A stretch of DNA of 40,656 nucleotides from a virus. Taxonomy: Duplodnaviria; Caudoviricetes. Of the stretch, positions 25,445 through 33,647 are shown piece by piece. Within the stretch, counting starts at the first letter, position 1, and every line of letters starts with the position of its first letter. Where the stretch lies: the IMG/VR virus record IMGVR_UViG_3300010361_000021, positions 1 to 40,656 of that record; one strand, written 5' to 3'. Position numbers and translations under genes: made by a program. The notes under the pieces are model-generated. The model saw only the letters and a list, made by a program, of their open reading frames with translations, had not been told where the DNA came from and did no database searches.

Positions 25445-25456
25445 GAACATATGTCC
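25445..25456. promoter_or_regulatory. Near-consensus LexA-type box GAAC-ATAT-GTCC
   Basis: One mismatch to GAAC-N4-GTTC; intergenic, upstream of the nuclease block. Confidence 0.4.
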
Positions 25457-25468
25457 GATGAATCGAGA

Positions 25469-27295
25469 TCAAATCTCGGTATTCCAGACCCGCTGGTAGT
25501 ACAGATGTGGGTGTCCCGGTTTTCCAGGGCCGATTCTTATGACTTCTCCTTCGTTCAGCAGGCGTCTCAGCACGCGACGGAAGTCGACGGCGCGGGCCTC
25601 GGCCATCTCCTGTAGCTCCTTCTCGCGCACCGCGTCCTCGGGGTTGGTCGGCAAGCAACTCAGGATGTCGATGCGTAGTCGTCGGTCACGCTCGTCGGCG
25701 ACGTCGCCCAGCGCGGTGTAGGTGTAGGGCTGTTTGCTGGTCAGCTCGATCAGCAGCTTCTCTGGCGTTTCCTCGAACCGACTGAGCCCCTCAAGCACGC
25801 GCTGGCGCTCGGTGCCGGGCTTGGCGTCGTCCGTCCGTTGCAGGTGCAGCACCACGTCGACCGCGCCGGCGTAGGCTGAGCTGCCCCTGCCAGAATCGCC
25901 GACCTCGCCACCAGACTTGCGATCGTGTCGATTGATCAGCACTCCGGTGCCCGCGGCCTGGATCTCGAGCAGCGGTTCCATTACCCGCAACGCCGCGCCA
26001 GATTTGTTCTCGTCGTCGCCGCGGACGCGGCTGAACTGGCCGAGTGTGTCGACCACCAGCAGGCCGGCGCCGGTCTCGCGCACCTTCAGCGCGGCATCCT
26101 GCGCGACAGTGGGCCAATCACGTTTCGCCACGTCGCTCCATAGCAGGATGTGCAGGTCATCGCGTCCGAGCAGCCCAGCATCGCGCAGGTTGCGTTTGAA
26201 GCTGGTGCCCGACTGCTCGGTCAGATAGACGATCGGCGTGTACTCCGTGGGCTGACCGAGGAACTCTTCGCCCAGCAGAATGGCGCGACACATGCTCAGC
26301 ACCAGCGTCGTCTTGCCCGACCGCTTGACCTTGCCGTCCAGTTCGGTGGCCAGTCCCCGCGCCACCAGGCCATAGGCAAACCAGGTGACCTCTTCATCGA
26401 CGATGTCTTGAATCGACGTCGACGTCCACCAGCGTGGTGGCGCGTGGGTCGCCGCCGCCTGTGGCTCAGGCTGTAGTCGAATGCGTGGCGAGTCATCGGG
26501 CTCCGGCGCGTAGCGCGCCACGCTGGACGCGATCTGATGCACCTCGCCATCAGCCAATGGCGGGCGGCACTGGCGGGCGTTGATGCCCAGCAGCGCGCCC
26601 AGGATGGCTTCCTCGTCCGCGCCGTGGTGGCGCAGCGCACCAGCGATCGACGTCAGCCGACTGTTGCGCGCCCCCTCGGCGATAACCTCGCTGCTGTCAG
26701 ACGGCGCCCGCTCGCGGCGGGGTGGAGAGAGGTCCAGCATCCACTCCGGCAGCGCCGGCAGGTCCTCGACGTCGTCGAGCTCTTCGCCCCAGCGGTACTC
26801 GCGGCCGAGCGCGTGCCGGCTCGGCGGCAGGATCACGTAGCCGCCCTCGCCGCGGAAGTCGATGCCGTCACGTTTCGTGAAGTTCCGCGGCGCGTCTTCC
26901 TGATATCCGAAGTAGCGGTGCAGCCCGCCGACGCGGCCGGTGAACACGTGCGGCCCGTTGGCGTAGCCGCGCGCCTGGGCGACTCTGATAGCCAGCTCGC
27001 CGTCCAGGTCCATGACCACGATGCGGCTCAGGTGGCCGGTCGCCATGCCGATGTTGTGGTCCGGCCAGCGCCGTCGCCAGCGAAAGATCTCACCCTCGCT
27101 CGGCAGCCGATCCTGGTATGGCTTCCACCTGACCAGCGGCACCTTGCCCGGGTCGAGGCAGGCGACCAGCCTCCCCTCCTCATCGAGGTGCGTATGCGGC
27201 ACCAGGCCGCAGACCGGAAAGATGGGCAGGCCCATGGCCAGGTAGCGCAGGTCGTGCTCGAGCAGGCTGTAGGGGGCTTCCTGAGGCGTGGTCAC
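25469..27295 (-). CDS. Bifunctional primase-polymerase with PriCT and AAA_25/RepA-like helicase
   Basis: GKVP, NIGMATG, VVMDLD, GLHRYF, IDFRGEGGYVILPPS; EGARNSRLTSIAG...CRPPL; SGKTT, LLVVDT, HDRK, RGSSA. Confidence 0.92.
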   Translation of the reverse strand: MTTPQEAPYSLLEHDLRYLAMGLPIFPVCGLVPHTHLDEEGRLVACLDPGKVPLVRWKPYQDRLPSEGEIFRWRRRWPDHNIGMATGHLSRIVVMDLDGELAIRVAQARGYANGPHVFTGRVGGLHRYFGYQEDAPRNFTKRDGIDFRGEGGYVILPPSRHALGREYRWGEELDDVEDLPALPEWMLDLSPPRRERAPSDSSEVIAEGARNSRLTSIAGALRHHGADEEAILGALLGINARQCRPPLADGEVHQIASSVARYAPEPDDSPRIRLQPEPQAAATHAPPRWWTSTSIQDIVDEEVTWFAYGLVARGLATELDGKVKRSGKTTLVLSMCRAILLGEEFLGQPTEYTPIVYLTEQSGTSFKRNLRDAGLLGRDDLHILLWSDVAKRDWPTVAQDAALKVRETGAGLLVVDTLGQFSRVRGDDENKSGAALRVMEPLLEIQAAGTGVLINRHDRKSGGEVGDSGRGSSAYAGAVDVVLHLQRTDDAKPGTERQRVLEGLSRFEETPEKLLIELTSKQPYTYTALGDVADERDRRLRIDILSCLPTNPEDAVREKELQEMAEARAVDFRRVLRRLLNEGEVIRIGPGKPGHPHLYYQRVWNTEI

Positions 27296-27645
27296 GCACT
27301 GAAGGTCTCCAGAATCAGAGGTTCATCACCGGGGCGCCAGACCCGCGCGTCGACGCCGCAGGTCACCAACTCCTCGAGCACGCGGCGCTGGTGGCGGGTC
27401 AGCACGCCGCGTTCAGCTTTGAGCTCGCGCAGCAGGAAGCGCTGCTTGCGCGGGTGCCAGAAGGCCCAGTCCGGCCAGCCGTAGGCGTCCTCGCGCGTCA
27501 CGCCCATCACCGCGCCATAGCTTTTACGGGTGTGGTAGCCGTGCCAGCCGTAGGCCTTAGCCACGGCCACCACCCAGCGTTCGAACTGGTCTTCGCTGAC
27601 CAGCCCGTCGAGCAGCGTCCGCGCGGACGTCGGACGTCGCGGCAT
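27292..27645 (-). CDS. VRR-NUC-type nuclease
   Basis: SEDQFE...GWPD...RELKAERGVLTRHQRRVL...VWRP. Confidence 0.82.
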   Translation of the reverse strand: MPRRPTSARTLLDGLVSEDQFERWVVAVAKAYGWHGYHTRKSYGAVMGVTREDAYGWPDWAFWHPRKQRFLLRELKAERGVLTRHQRRVLEELVTCGVDARVWRPGDEPLILETFSA

Positions 27646-27780
27646 CTAGCGGGCACGCTGGCGCTTTCGCCACAGGCGGCTGTGAAGACGTCGCTTGCAG
27701 CGCGGCGAGCAGAAGCGCGCGTCAGGCCGCGAGCCCTTGCTCGGGACAAAGCGCCTCTGGCACTCCGCGCAGCGACGCAT
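27646..27780 (-). CDS. Small Zn-finger protein (44 aa)
   Basis: Hand translation MRRCAECQRRFVPSKGSRPDARFCSPRCKRR; TGATG-coupled start. Confidence 0.65.
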   Translation of the reverse strand: MRRCAECQRRFVPSKGSRPDARFCSPRCKRRLHSRLWRKRQRAR

Positions 27781-28304
27781 CAGGAGGCGATGTCGTCTTC
27801 GTCTTGCCTGGCAACGGCAGCCGCTCGGCGGGCTTCGACGGCCTTGCGGGTCTCAGCGACCTGGCGGCGCTTGTCCGGGCGCAGCAAGAGCAGACGCAGC
27901 CGCTCGCTGCCGTCGTCGGTCATGTGGGTCTCGAACGAGCCGCGCGCTGTCTTGCCGACCAGGCCCTCGGCGAAGCCGGTGTCGATCAAGTCGTCAATGA
28001 CCTCGTCGGCCTGTTCGCCGCCGAGGAAGGCGTGGATGTAGCCGCGGGCTTTGGAGGACGAGAACGTCGAGTCGCTGGTCCACGCCCACAGGTCGAACGG
28101 CAGGCCGGTGCGCGGGTCGTTGAACACCGTGCCGTCATCGCGGTAGATGTTCATCTTCCAGATGACGGCCATCTTGCCCTTGGAGTCCGAGAACTGGGAC
28201 TCGCGTTCTTCGATTTCGTAAAGCTTCACGCGATACGTGTTGGCTTCATCGAAGTCCTCATCGATGCTGAGGGAGAAGCCTGAGCTGTCGGGTCGGCGAG
28301 GCAT
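27780..28304 (-). CDS. Putative ssDNA-binding/replication protein
   Basis: Beta-rich OB-fold-like pattern, acidic C-terminus (DEDDIAS), located in the replication module; AAGGA RBS. Confidence 0.55.
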   Translation of the reverse strand: MPRRPDSSGFSLSIDEDFDEANTYRVKLYEIEERESQFSDSKGKMAVIWKMNIYRDDGTVFNDPRTGLPFDLWAWTSDSTFSSSKARGYIHAFLGGEQADEVIDDLIDTGFAEGLVGKTARGSFETHMTDDGSERLRLLLLRPDKRRQVAETRKAVEARRAAAVARQDEDDIAS

Positions 28305-28353
28305 GATCTGGTTCCTTCTTTCTGTTCTGGATCTGAGCTTCTGAGAAGCGTTC

Positions 28354-28548
28354 TTACGCGAGAGCGTTGAGTACGTGGCGCAGCATGCTGAGCATCAGCC
28401 ACACCGCGCCGAACAGCGCCGCCAGCGCGAGCACGCCGGTCAGCACCAGGCCGAAGCCGACCACGCCGCACACGATCCAGTCCTTCAGCGTCGTGCGCGC
28501 GGTGGCGGCGTAGGCCGGGCGGGGCCTCACCCCGTTCAGGTGAGGCAC
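28354..28548 (-). CDS. Small membrane protein (64 aa)
   Basis: GTG start right after the Rpf stop; hydrophobic C-terminus similar to 20469..20690. Confidence 0.6.
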   Translation of the reverse strand: MPHLNGVRPRPAYAATARTTLKDWIVCGVVGFGLVLTGVLALAALFGAVWLMLSMLRHVLNALA

Positions 28549-28549
28549 C

Positions 28550-28987
28550 CTAGCGAAGTCCGAGACGACGCGAACAGGCTGGCCACGGGGCAAAGCCGCG
28601 TGCGGCGTGGAGCCGCTCGGCGACGGCGATCTGCTGGCCACGTGTAGCCAGATAGGCTCTGGGGGCATAGGCGCGTCCTCCGTATTCGGTCCAGGTGACG
28701 TCGTCGAATTGCAGGCCGCCCGAGTAGCCATTGCCGGTGTTGGCGGCCCAGTGGCTGTTGCTCTCGCACGCGGCCAGCCGGTCGTAGACGCCGACGGGCG
28801 CCTGCTGGGCGACGACGGCCACCGTCGGGTCCGGCACAGCACTGACGGATCCACCGTCCTGGCTGCTCCCGTCCACACCCGTCAGGACGTCGTCGCCCAT
28901 GCCACTCTCGCTCGCTGCCGCGGCCAGGCTGGGACTGCTCACCACGGCCATCAGCCCCATCGCCACGGTGACCACCAGGCGCGCCAT
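28550..28987 (-). CDS. Secreted Rpf-family (resuscitation-promoting factor) transglycosylase
   Basis: Signal-peptide-like N-terminus, then YDRLAACES.SHWAANTGNGYSGGLQF...TW..YGG...A..ATRGQQIAVAERL...G..PWPAC, the complete Rpf core. Confidence 0.92.
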   Translation of the reverse strand: MARLVVTVAMGLMAVVSSPSLAAAASESGMGDDVLTGVDGSSQDGGSVSAVPDPTVAVVAQQAPVGVYDRLAACESNSHWAANTGNGYSGGLQFDDVTWTEYGGRAYAPRAYLATRGQQIAVAERLHAARGFAPWPACSRRLGLR

Positions 28988-29268
28988 CAGACCGCGACCT
29001 CGGCGTGCGTGAGCGCGTTCAGCGTCTTGATGGCCTCGAGGACCTCGCGCGTGCTGACGCGGGTGGTGATGGTCGTCATCGCCTCCACGGCGTCGCGCAT
29101 GCCCCGCTGGTAGCCGCGGTCGTAGGCGTGCTGTTCGCCACGGGCGTAGCCCTCGGCGTGGGCGTTGCGGACCAGCGTCAGCTCGCGGTCGCTCAGGTCG
29201 GGCTCGCTGCCCGGGAGCCAGTCGATCTCGGCTTCGGGCACAGCGGTGCCAGGCGTGTTCTCAGCCAT
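28987..29268 (-). CDS. Hypothetical protein (93 aa)
   Basis: AxxxGYxxG repeats; TGATG-coupled to the Rpf gene. Confidence 0.65.
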   Translation of the reverse strand: MAENTPGTAVPEAEIDWLPGSEPDLSDRELTLVRNAHAEGYARGEQHAYDRGYQRGMRDAVEAMTTITTRVSTREVLEAIKTLNALTHAEVAV

Positions 29269-29272
29269 CGAA

Positions 29273-29446
29273 CTAGGCGGCCGCGTCGGGTTCTTCGACT
29301 TCGCGACGATCGAGCTCGTCGAGTGCCCACTCGACCAGATACGCGGCCTCGTCGCGGAGAGTCGAGCGGTGGTGTTTCTTCGCCCAGTAGACGAGTTGCT
29401 GGCGGTGCTCGGTATCCACCACGATCAGCAGCGATCCCTCTTTCAT
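29273..29446 (-). CDS. Putative ribbon-helix-helix regulator (57 aa)
   Basis: SLLIVVDTEHRQQLVYWAKKHHRSTLRDEAAYLVEWAL follows an Arc-like strand-helix-helix pattern. Confidence 0.55.
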   Translation of the reverse strand: MKEGSLLIVVDTEHRQQLVYWAKKHHRSTLRDEAAYLVEWALDELDRREVEEPDAAA

Positions 29447-29524
29447 AGGACGTCCATCGTGGGTGGCCGGAGCACACGCCAACACGACTCCGGATCGGCC
29501 AGTTTCATGGCCGATGTTCCTTCT

Positions 29525-29552
29525 CAGAGTGGACACGCGCGTGTCCACTCTG
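29525..29552. repeat. Perfect 28-bp palindrome
   Basis: CAGAGTGGACACGCGCGTGTCCACTCTG equals its own reverse complement. Confidence 0.9.
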
Positions 29553-29558
29553 GCGGGT

Positions 29559-30053
29559 TCAGGTGGCGTGGTGCAGCAGGTGGTGCAAGTGCAGCAGGCA
29601 GGGCTGCGCTACCAGTCGCGCGCCCGCCAGCGAGCTAGCCAAGAGGATCGCTTTGCTCAGCGGAGACGGACCCGGCCGCGCGGGTGGCTCCTCCTCGGGC
29701 CAGGTCGAGGGTGGCCAGAACGTGCGCAGGCCGGTCTTTTTCGTCAGGTGGTAGTGGTCCATGCCCCGCAGGAGCGTCTTCTCGGAATCGTCGAAGTCCC
29801 AGTTCGTGAGACACTTGCGGGTGATGGTTTTGACGTCGGGCGCCTTGATATGCTCACGCTGCTGCCAGAAGATGCGGAAGCCGCGGTAGGTGTTCAGGTC
29901 ATCGTTGTGGAAGGGGCCGGTAGTCGGCGGGGGCTCCGGTGGGTCAGGCGGGAGCTGGTCGACCCCTTTCAGGGGCAATGGGAGCTGGCGACCAACCAGG
30001 GTCTCGATGATGCTGATCAGGCGATCGACGCGGGTGTCTTCGTGGTTCTCCAC
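29559..30053 (-). CDS. Hypothetical protein (164 aa)
   Basis: GC-rich codons, GAGG RBS, first sizeable gene of the leftward early operon. Confidence 0.65.
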   Translation of the reverse strand: MENHEDTRVDRLISIIETLVGRQLPLPLKGVDQLPPDPPEPPPTTGPFHNDDLNTYRGFRIFWQQREHIKAPDVKTITRKCLTNWDFDDSEKTLLRGMDHYHLTKKTGLRTFWPPSTWPEEEPPARPGPSPLSKAILLASSLAGARLVAQPCLLHLHHLLHHAT

Positions 30054-30178
30054 GGGGCCTCATTGAGCCTCCGGCCCGCCCGGCGATCCGCCACGCACGT
30101 CAGTGTCTGACTTGCCCCGAAAATGGGTACGTGAACTCACCGAGTTGAACATGCGGCATCCCCCAAATGACAGACGCG

Positions 30179-30196
30179 ATTATAGAACAGCGGTTC
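30179..30196 (-). promoter_or_regulatory. TATAAT -10 box abutting a LexA-type box GAAC-AGCG-GTTC
   Basis: ATTATA at 30179-30184 (TATAAT on minus) and GAACAGCGGTTC at 30185-30196. Confidence 0.65.
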
Positions 30197-30429
30197 TGCC
30201 CTGCGGCCAACTCAACACAATGGTTTTCGCCTCGATCTGAGAACGAATGCGGCCGTGTCCTTAGGTATTTGTTACCCCGACGTTAACCCCACGTCAACCA
30301 ATGCCGGTATGCCCGTAGGACGTGGATAGGAAATCGGTGGGTCAACTCGAAACGAGACACCAGTGCGACATGAAACTGACCTGTGGCCTGTCGTGCCGGC
30401 GGCTACGAGCGCGTCACAAACTGAAAAGC

Positions 30430-30714
30430 GTGACCGACTCTACGGGTCCGCTCGAAGCGTTTGTGGATGTGCTGGCGCAGCGCGTGGCCGACGAGGTGCT
30501 GGCGCGCTTGGCCGAGCGCGACGCTTTGCAGGCTGCTGAACATCCCAGCAACGCGCTGCGCATGGACGAAGTCGGCCGGCGCCTGGGCCTGAGCGAGCGC
30601 GAGGTGCAGCGCCAGGTGCTCAAGGGCACGCTCAGGAGCGTCAAGGTCGGCCGCGTGCGCCTGATCCCACTGTCGGCTCTCGATGAGTTTCTCGAGCGTC
30701 AGCGCGCGTCCTGA
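30430..30714 (+). CDS. xis: Excisionase-like HTH_17 protein
   Basis: LRMDEVGRRLGLSEREVQRQVLKGTLRSVKVGRVRLIPLSALDEFL; convergent with the integrase; start uncertain. Confidence 0.8.
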   Translation: MTDSTGPLEAFVDVLAQRVADEVLARLAERDALQAAEHPSNALRMDEVGRRLGLSEREVQRQVLKGTLRSVKVGRVRLIPLSALDEFLERQRAS

Positions 30715-31886
30715 GTGCGGTTTTGCGCCTCCCGTATGAAGGCGTCCATGCGCTCAGCCACGTCCTTGCCTGTCTGCTGGTAGAGGTGGCCGTAGATGTC
30801 CAGCGTGATTGACAGACCCGCGTGGCGCAGCAGTTTGCTCACCAACCACAGCTCAAGCCCCCACGATAGCAGCAGACTGGCCGTCGCGTGGCGAAGGTCA
30901 TGAAAGCGCTGGTCGCGCAGGCCGGCGCGCTGCAGCAACAACTTGAACATACGGTACGCCTGCATCGGGTCGATCGGGTCGCCGATGGCGTTGGTAAAGA
31001 CGTAGTCCTGTTCTTTCCACAACTCAGCCGCGTGGGTCCTGACAAATGCCTGACGGTCCCTGTGCACCAGCAGCGCGTCGACGACCAGCGGCGGCACGCT
31101 GATCAACAAGCTCTGCCCGGTGCCGCTCTTGAGCGGAGAGAAGACGAATTTGCTCTTCGGCTCACGCACGATCTGTCCCTGCAGGTGGAGCGTGCCCTGA
31201 GCCAAGTTGAAGTCAGACCAGCGCACGCCGCACGCCTCGCCGCGACGCAGACCACACGCCAGTGTCAGCAGGAACAACGCCTCGAGTGGGTCATCATGCA
31301 TGGCGTCGATCAGGGTCTGAATCTCGGTCGGATCGAGCGGCACAAACCCCGGAGCCTGGCGTTTCGGCAGGCGCATACCTCTAGCCACGTTGCTCGTAAT
31401 CAATTCATCCGCCTCAGCAGAAGCCAGCACGAGGGTGAGGATGCTATGCACGAGCTGCACAGTTTTGGGCTTGTGCCCCGTGTCTTGCAGCGCAAGGTGT
31501 ACGCGCTGGATATCGCGGCGCTTGATGTCGACGAGCGCTAGATGGCCGAGGTACGGAAAGATGTGCTTTTCCAGGTTCAGTCGATACGAGCGCAACGTGT
31601 TGTAGCGCAATTCGTGGCGCCGAGCAGAGAGCCAGTTGCGGGCGTACTGTTCGTAGGTTTCGCCGCGGGACGGCGGCAGGAGACCGTGGCTGTCGCGCCA
31701 CCGCGCATCCAGCAATTTCTGCTTGACGTCGGCCTCGGAGCGACCCGTGAACGTGCGGCGTGGGCCACCGGCGACACGGATCTGAGCGCGCCAAGAACCC
31801 GCGCGTGGACCCGTTTTGATCTGGTAGACGGTGCCCTCGTGGTCGAGGCGCTTGGGACGATTGGTAGGCTGTTTAGGCACTGGCAC
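30699..31886 (-). CDS. int: Tyrosine integrase
   Basis: EGTVYQ N-terminus, GLRRGEACG, RFHDLRH, LRHAGLSITLDIYGH catalytic residues. Confidence 0.95.
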   Translation of the reverse strand: MPVPKQPTNRPKRLDHEGTVYQIKTGPRAGSWRAQIRVAGGPRRTFTGRSEADVKQKLLDARWRDSHGLLPPSRGETYEQYARNWLSARRHELRYNTLRSYRLNLEKHIFPYLGHLALVDIKRRDIQRVHLALQDTGHKPKTVQLVHSILTLVLASAEADELITSNVARGMRLPKRQAPGFVPLDPTEIQTLIDAMHDDPLEALFLLTLACGLRRGEACGVRWSDFNLAQGTLHLQGQIVREPKSKFVFSPLKSGTGQSLLISVPPLVVDALLVHRDRQAFVRTHAAELWKEQDYVFTNAIGDPIDPMQAYRMFKLLLQRAGLRDQRFHDLRHATASLLLSWGLELWLVSKLLRHAGLSITLDIYGHLYQQTGKDVAERMDAFIREAQNRTQDAR

Positions 31887-31960
31887 GGACGTGAACTCTT
31901 TCGTGCTGGTGTAGGCCTCGGCGGTCTAAGCCCCGCCGGGGCCACCACTATACAACAGGT

Positions 31961-31980
31961 TGGCGTAACGTGGCGTAACA
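31961..31980. repeat. Tandem TGGCGTAAC x2 (possible Int arm or Xis site)
   Basis: tggcgtaacg tggcgtaaca upstream of int; related inverted copies at about 30270-30292. Confidence 0.55.
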
Positions 31981-32159
31981 GACGGGTTGGACTTGAGTTC
32001 AACGACGGCCCTATTCTGATTACACGGTCTTCGCGTGGCCCCCTTCCAGCCCCTGCCGCGAGCTACCCTCCAAACTCACCGACCCCGGTCGTCGTCCCCC
32101 AGACAGTCGCTGGAACCCGCCGTCTGCGACGGGTATTGCGTGACATGCACGCAGTGTAC

Positions 32160-32387
32160 TCAGTCGCCGATCAGGTCGCGCGGACGGACGTGCAGGGCGC
32201 GGGCGATCTTGCGCAAGGTGGGTGGCAGGACGTTCGGGTCGCCGGCCTCGAGGCGGACGATGGTGGTCCTCGCCACGCCGGCGCGCTCGGCCAGTTCCGT
32301 CTGGGTCAGCGCGGCCCGCAGCCGCAGCTCGCGCAATCGAGTGAGTCGCGGCAAAGTTTGCCCAGTGTAGTGTCGTTGTTCGAGCAC
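32160..32387 (-). CDS. Xre-family HTH regulator
   Basis: LRELRLRAALTQTELAERAGVARTTIVRLEAG...TLRKIARAL; AGGGGG RBS before the GTG; no peptidase S24 domain. Confidence 0.88.
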   Translation of the reverse strand: MLEQRHYTGQTLPRLTRLRELRLRAALTQTELAERAGVARTTIVRLEAGDPNVLPPTLRKIARALHVRPRDLIGD

Positions 32388-32433
32388 GGTGTCCCCCTGA
32401 TGTATTATCGCTGTTCTACGAGGGGAGAGGCTC

Positions 32434-32574
32434 ATGCGCTACTGGAGGTGCCGCCTGCCAGGTTGGTTCGACGTCTTCTGGCCGCTGTTCGGTCACTTGA
32501 TCCGCTTCGACGGGGGGTCGGTCTACTGCGAGCGTTGCCCGTGGCGCGAGACCCTGCCAGACTTCTTCAGCTAG
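32434..32574 (+). CDS. Small Cys/His protein (46 aa)
   Basis: Hand translation MRYWRCRLPG...LFGH...YCERCPW; GGGGAGAGG RBS; divergent from the HTH gene. Confidence 0.55.
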   Translation: MRYWRCRLPGWFDVFWPLFGHLIRFDGGSVYCERCPWRETLPDFFS

Positions 32575-32620
32575 AGATGATGGTGGCTATATCTACCAAA
32601 GCGACAGATAGAATCGCGTC

Positions 32621-33124
32621 GTGATCGCGGCCTACGCCGATCCGCCCTACCCAGGCATGTCGAGCTTCTATAAAAGGCACCCTGACTATGCGGGCGAAGT
32701 CGATCACGGTGACTTGATCGCTCAACTGTGCGCCGAGTATCCCGACGCGTGGGCGCTGCACACGGCCAGCACCACGCTCAAGCAGGTGCTTGCAGTGTGC
32801 CCAGACGACGTGCGAGTCGGGGCGTGGGTCAAGCCATTCGGCGTGATGAAACCGGGCGTCAACCCTGGCTATCTTTGGGAGCCAGTTATCTTCCGCGGTG
32901 GCCGACGACGGACTGATCGGCAGGAAGAGACCGTGCGCGACTGGTGCTCGGTCCCGATCGCGTTGCAACGCGGGCTGGTTGGCGCCAAACCCGAGGGCGT
33001 GTGCTTCTGGATATTTGCTCTGCTTGGGTTGAAACGAGGCGACACGCTGATCGACCTTTTCCCCGGAACCGGTGGTGTCACGCGTGCCTGGGAACGCTGG
33101 CAACAGCAGTTCTGGGCCGTTTGA
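32621..33124 (+). CDS. Compact N6A/N4C DNA methyltransferase-like protein
   Basis: DPPY (motif IV) near the N-terminus and IDLFPGTG (motif I) near the C-terminus, beta-class order; TAGAAT 6 nt before the GTG. Confidence 0.8.
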   Translation: MIAAYADPPYPGMSSFYKRHPDYAGEVDHGDLIAQLCAEYPDAWALHTASTTLKQVLAVCPDDVRVGAWVKPFGVMKPGVNPGYLWEPVIFRGGRRRTDRQEETVRDWCSVPIALQRGLVGAKPEGVCFWIFALLGLKRGDTLIDLFPGTGGVTRAWERWQQQFWAV

Positions 33125-33143
33125 TCACCATAAGTGCCGTTAT

Positions 33144-33392
33144 ATGAACCAAACTGAGAGCCTGGCGGACAAGTATGACCGGGTCTGTGCTGAACGTGAC
33201 GGACTCATGATCGTAAGCCGCGCCTCCACAGAAGCGATGGATCGAGCGAAAGCCAAGATTGACGAACTCCGCGCCGAGAACGAACGGCTGCGGGCGGCGC
33301 TAGACCTTCACAAGTTTGACGGTGTGCAGTGGTGCGACGAGTGCGAGAAGCAGTGGCCTTGTCCGACGGCGCTTGCTCGCGATAAGGAGTGA
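33144..33392 (+). CDS. Hypothetical protein (82 aa)
   Basis: Coiled coil plus H...CDEC...WPCPT. Confidence 0.6.
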   Translation: MNQTESLADKYDRVCAERDGLMIVSRASTEAMDRAKAKIDELRAENERLRAALDLHKFDGVQWCDECEKQWPCPTALARDKE

Positions 33393-33393
33393 T

Positions 33394-33642
33394 ATGTCGA
33401 TCAAATCTGACGACAGCCTTCTGGTCGAAGTGATCGAGTCACATGAAGATCGAGTACGTGTGGTCGCGTTGTTCGAAGCAGATCAACAGCACTGCCATTG
33501 TGACGCTGACATCATTCGCAACAGAGATGCCGAGATCGAGCGGCTGCGGGCGGCGCTAGCAGACGTGGTCGGGTACGGCACAATCCTGCCGGACGAGTTG
33601 TATAGCCGAATCCTGCGACTGCTTGGTAGCGATAAGAACTAA
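33394..33642 (+). CDS. Hypothetical protein (82 aa)
   Basis: AAGGAG RBS; DAEIERLRAAL motif. Confidence 0.6.
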   Translation: MSIKSDDSLLVEVIESHEDRVRVVALFEADQQHCHCDADIIRNRDAEIERLRAALADVVGYGTILPDELYSRILRLLGSDKN

Positions 33643-33647
33643 TAGCT

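Noticed and set aside
31981-32160. tRNA-derived attP core or tRNA gene near int
   Set aside because: I could not find a T-loop (GTTCGAnTC) or acceptor-stem/CCA pattern on either strand.
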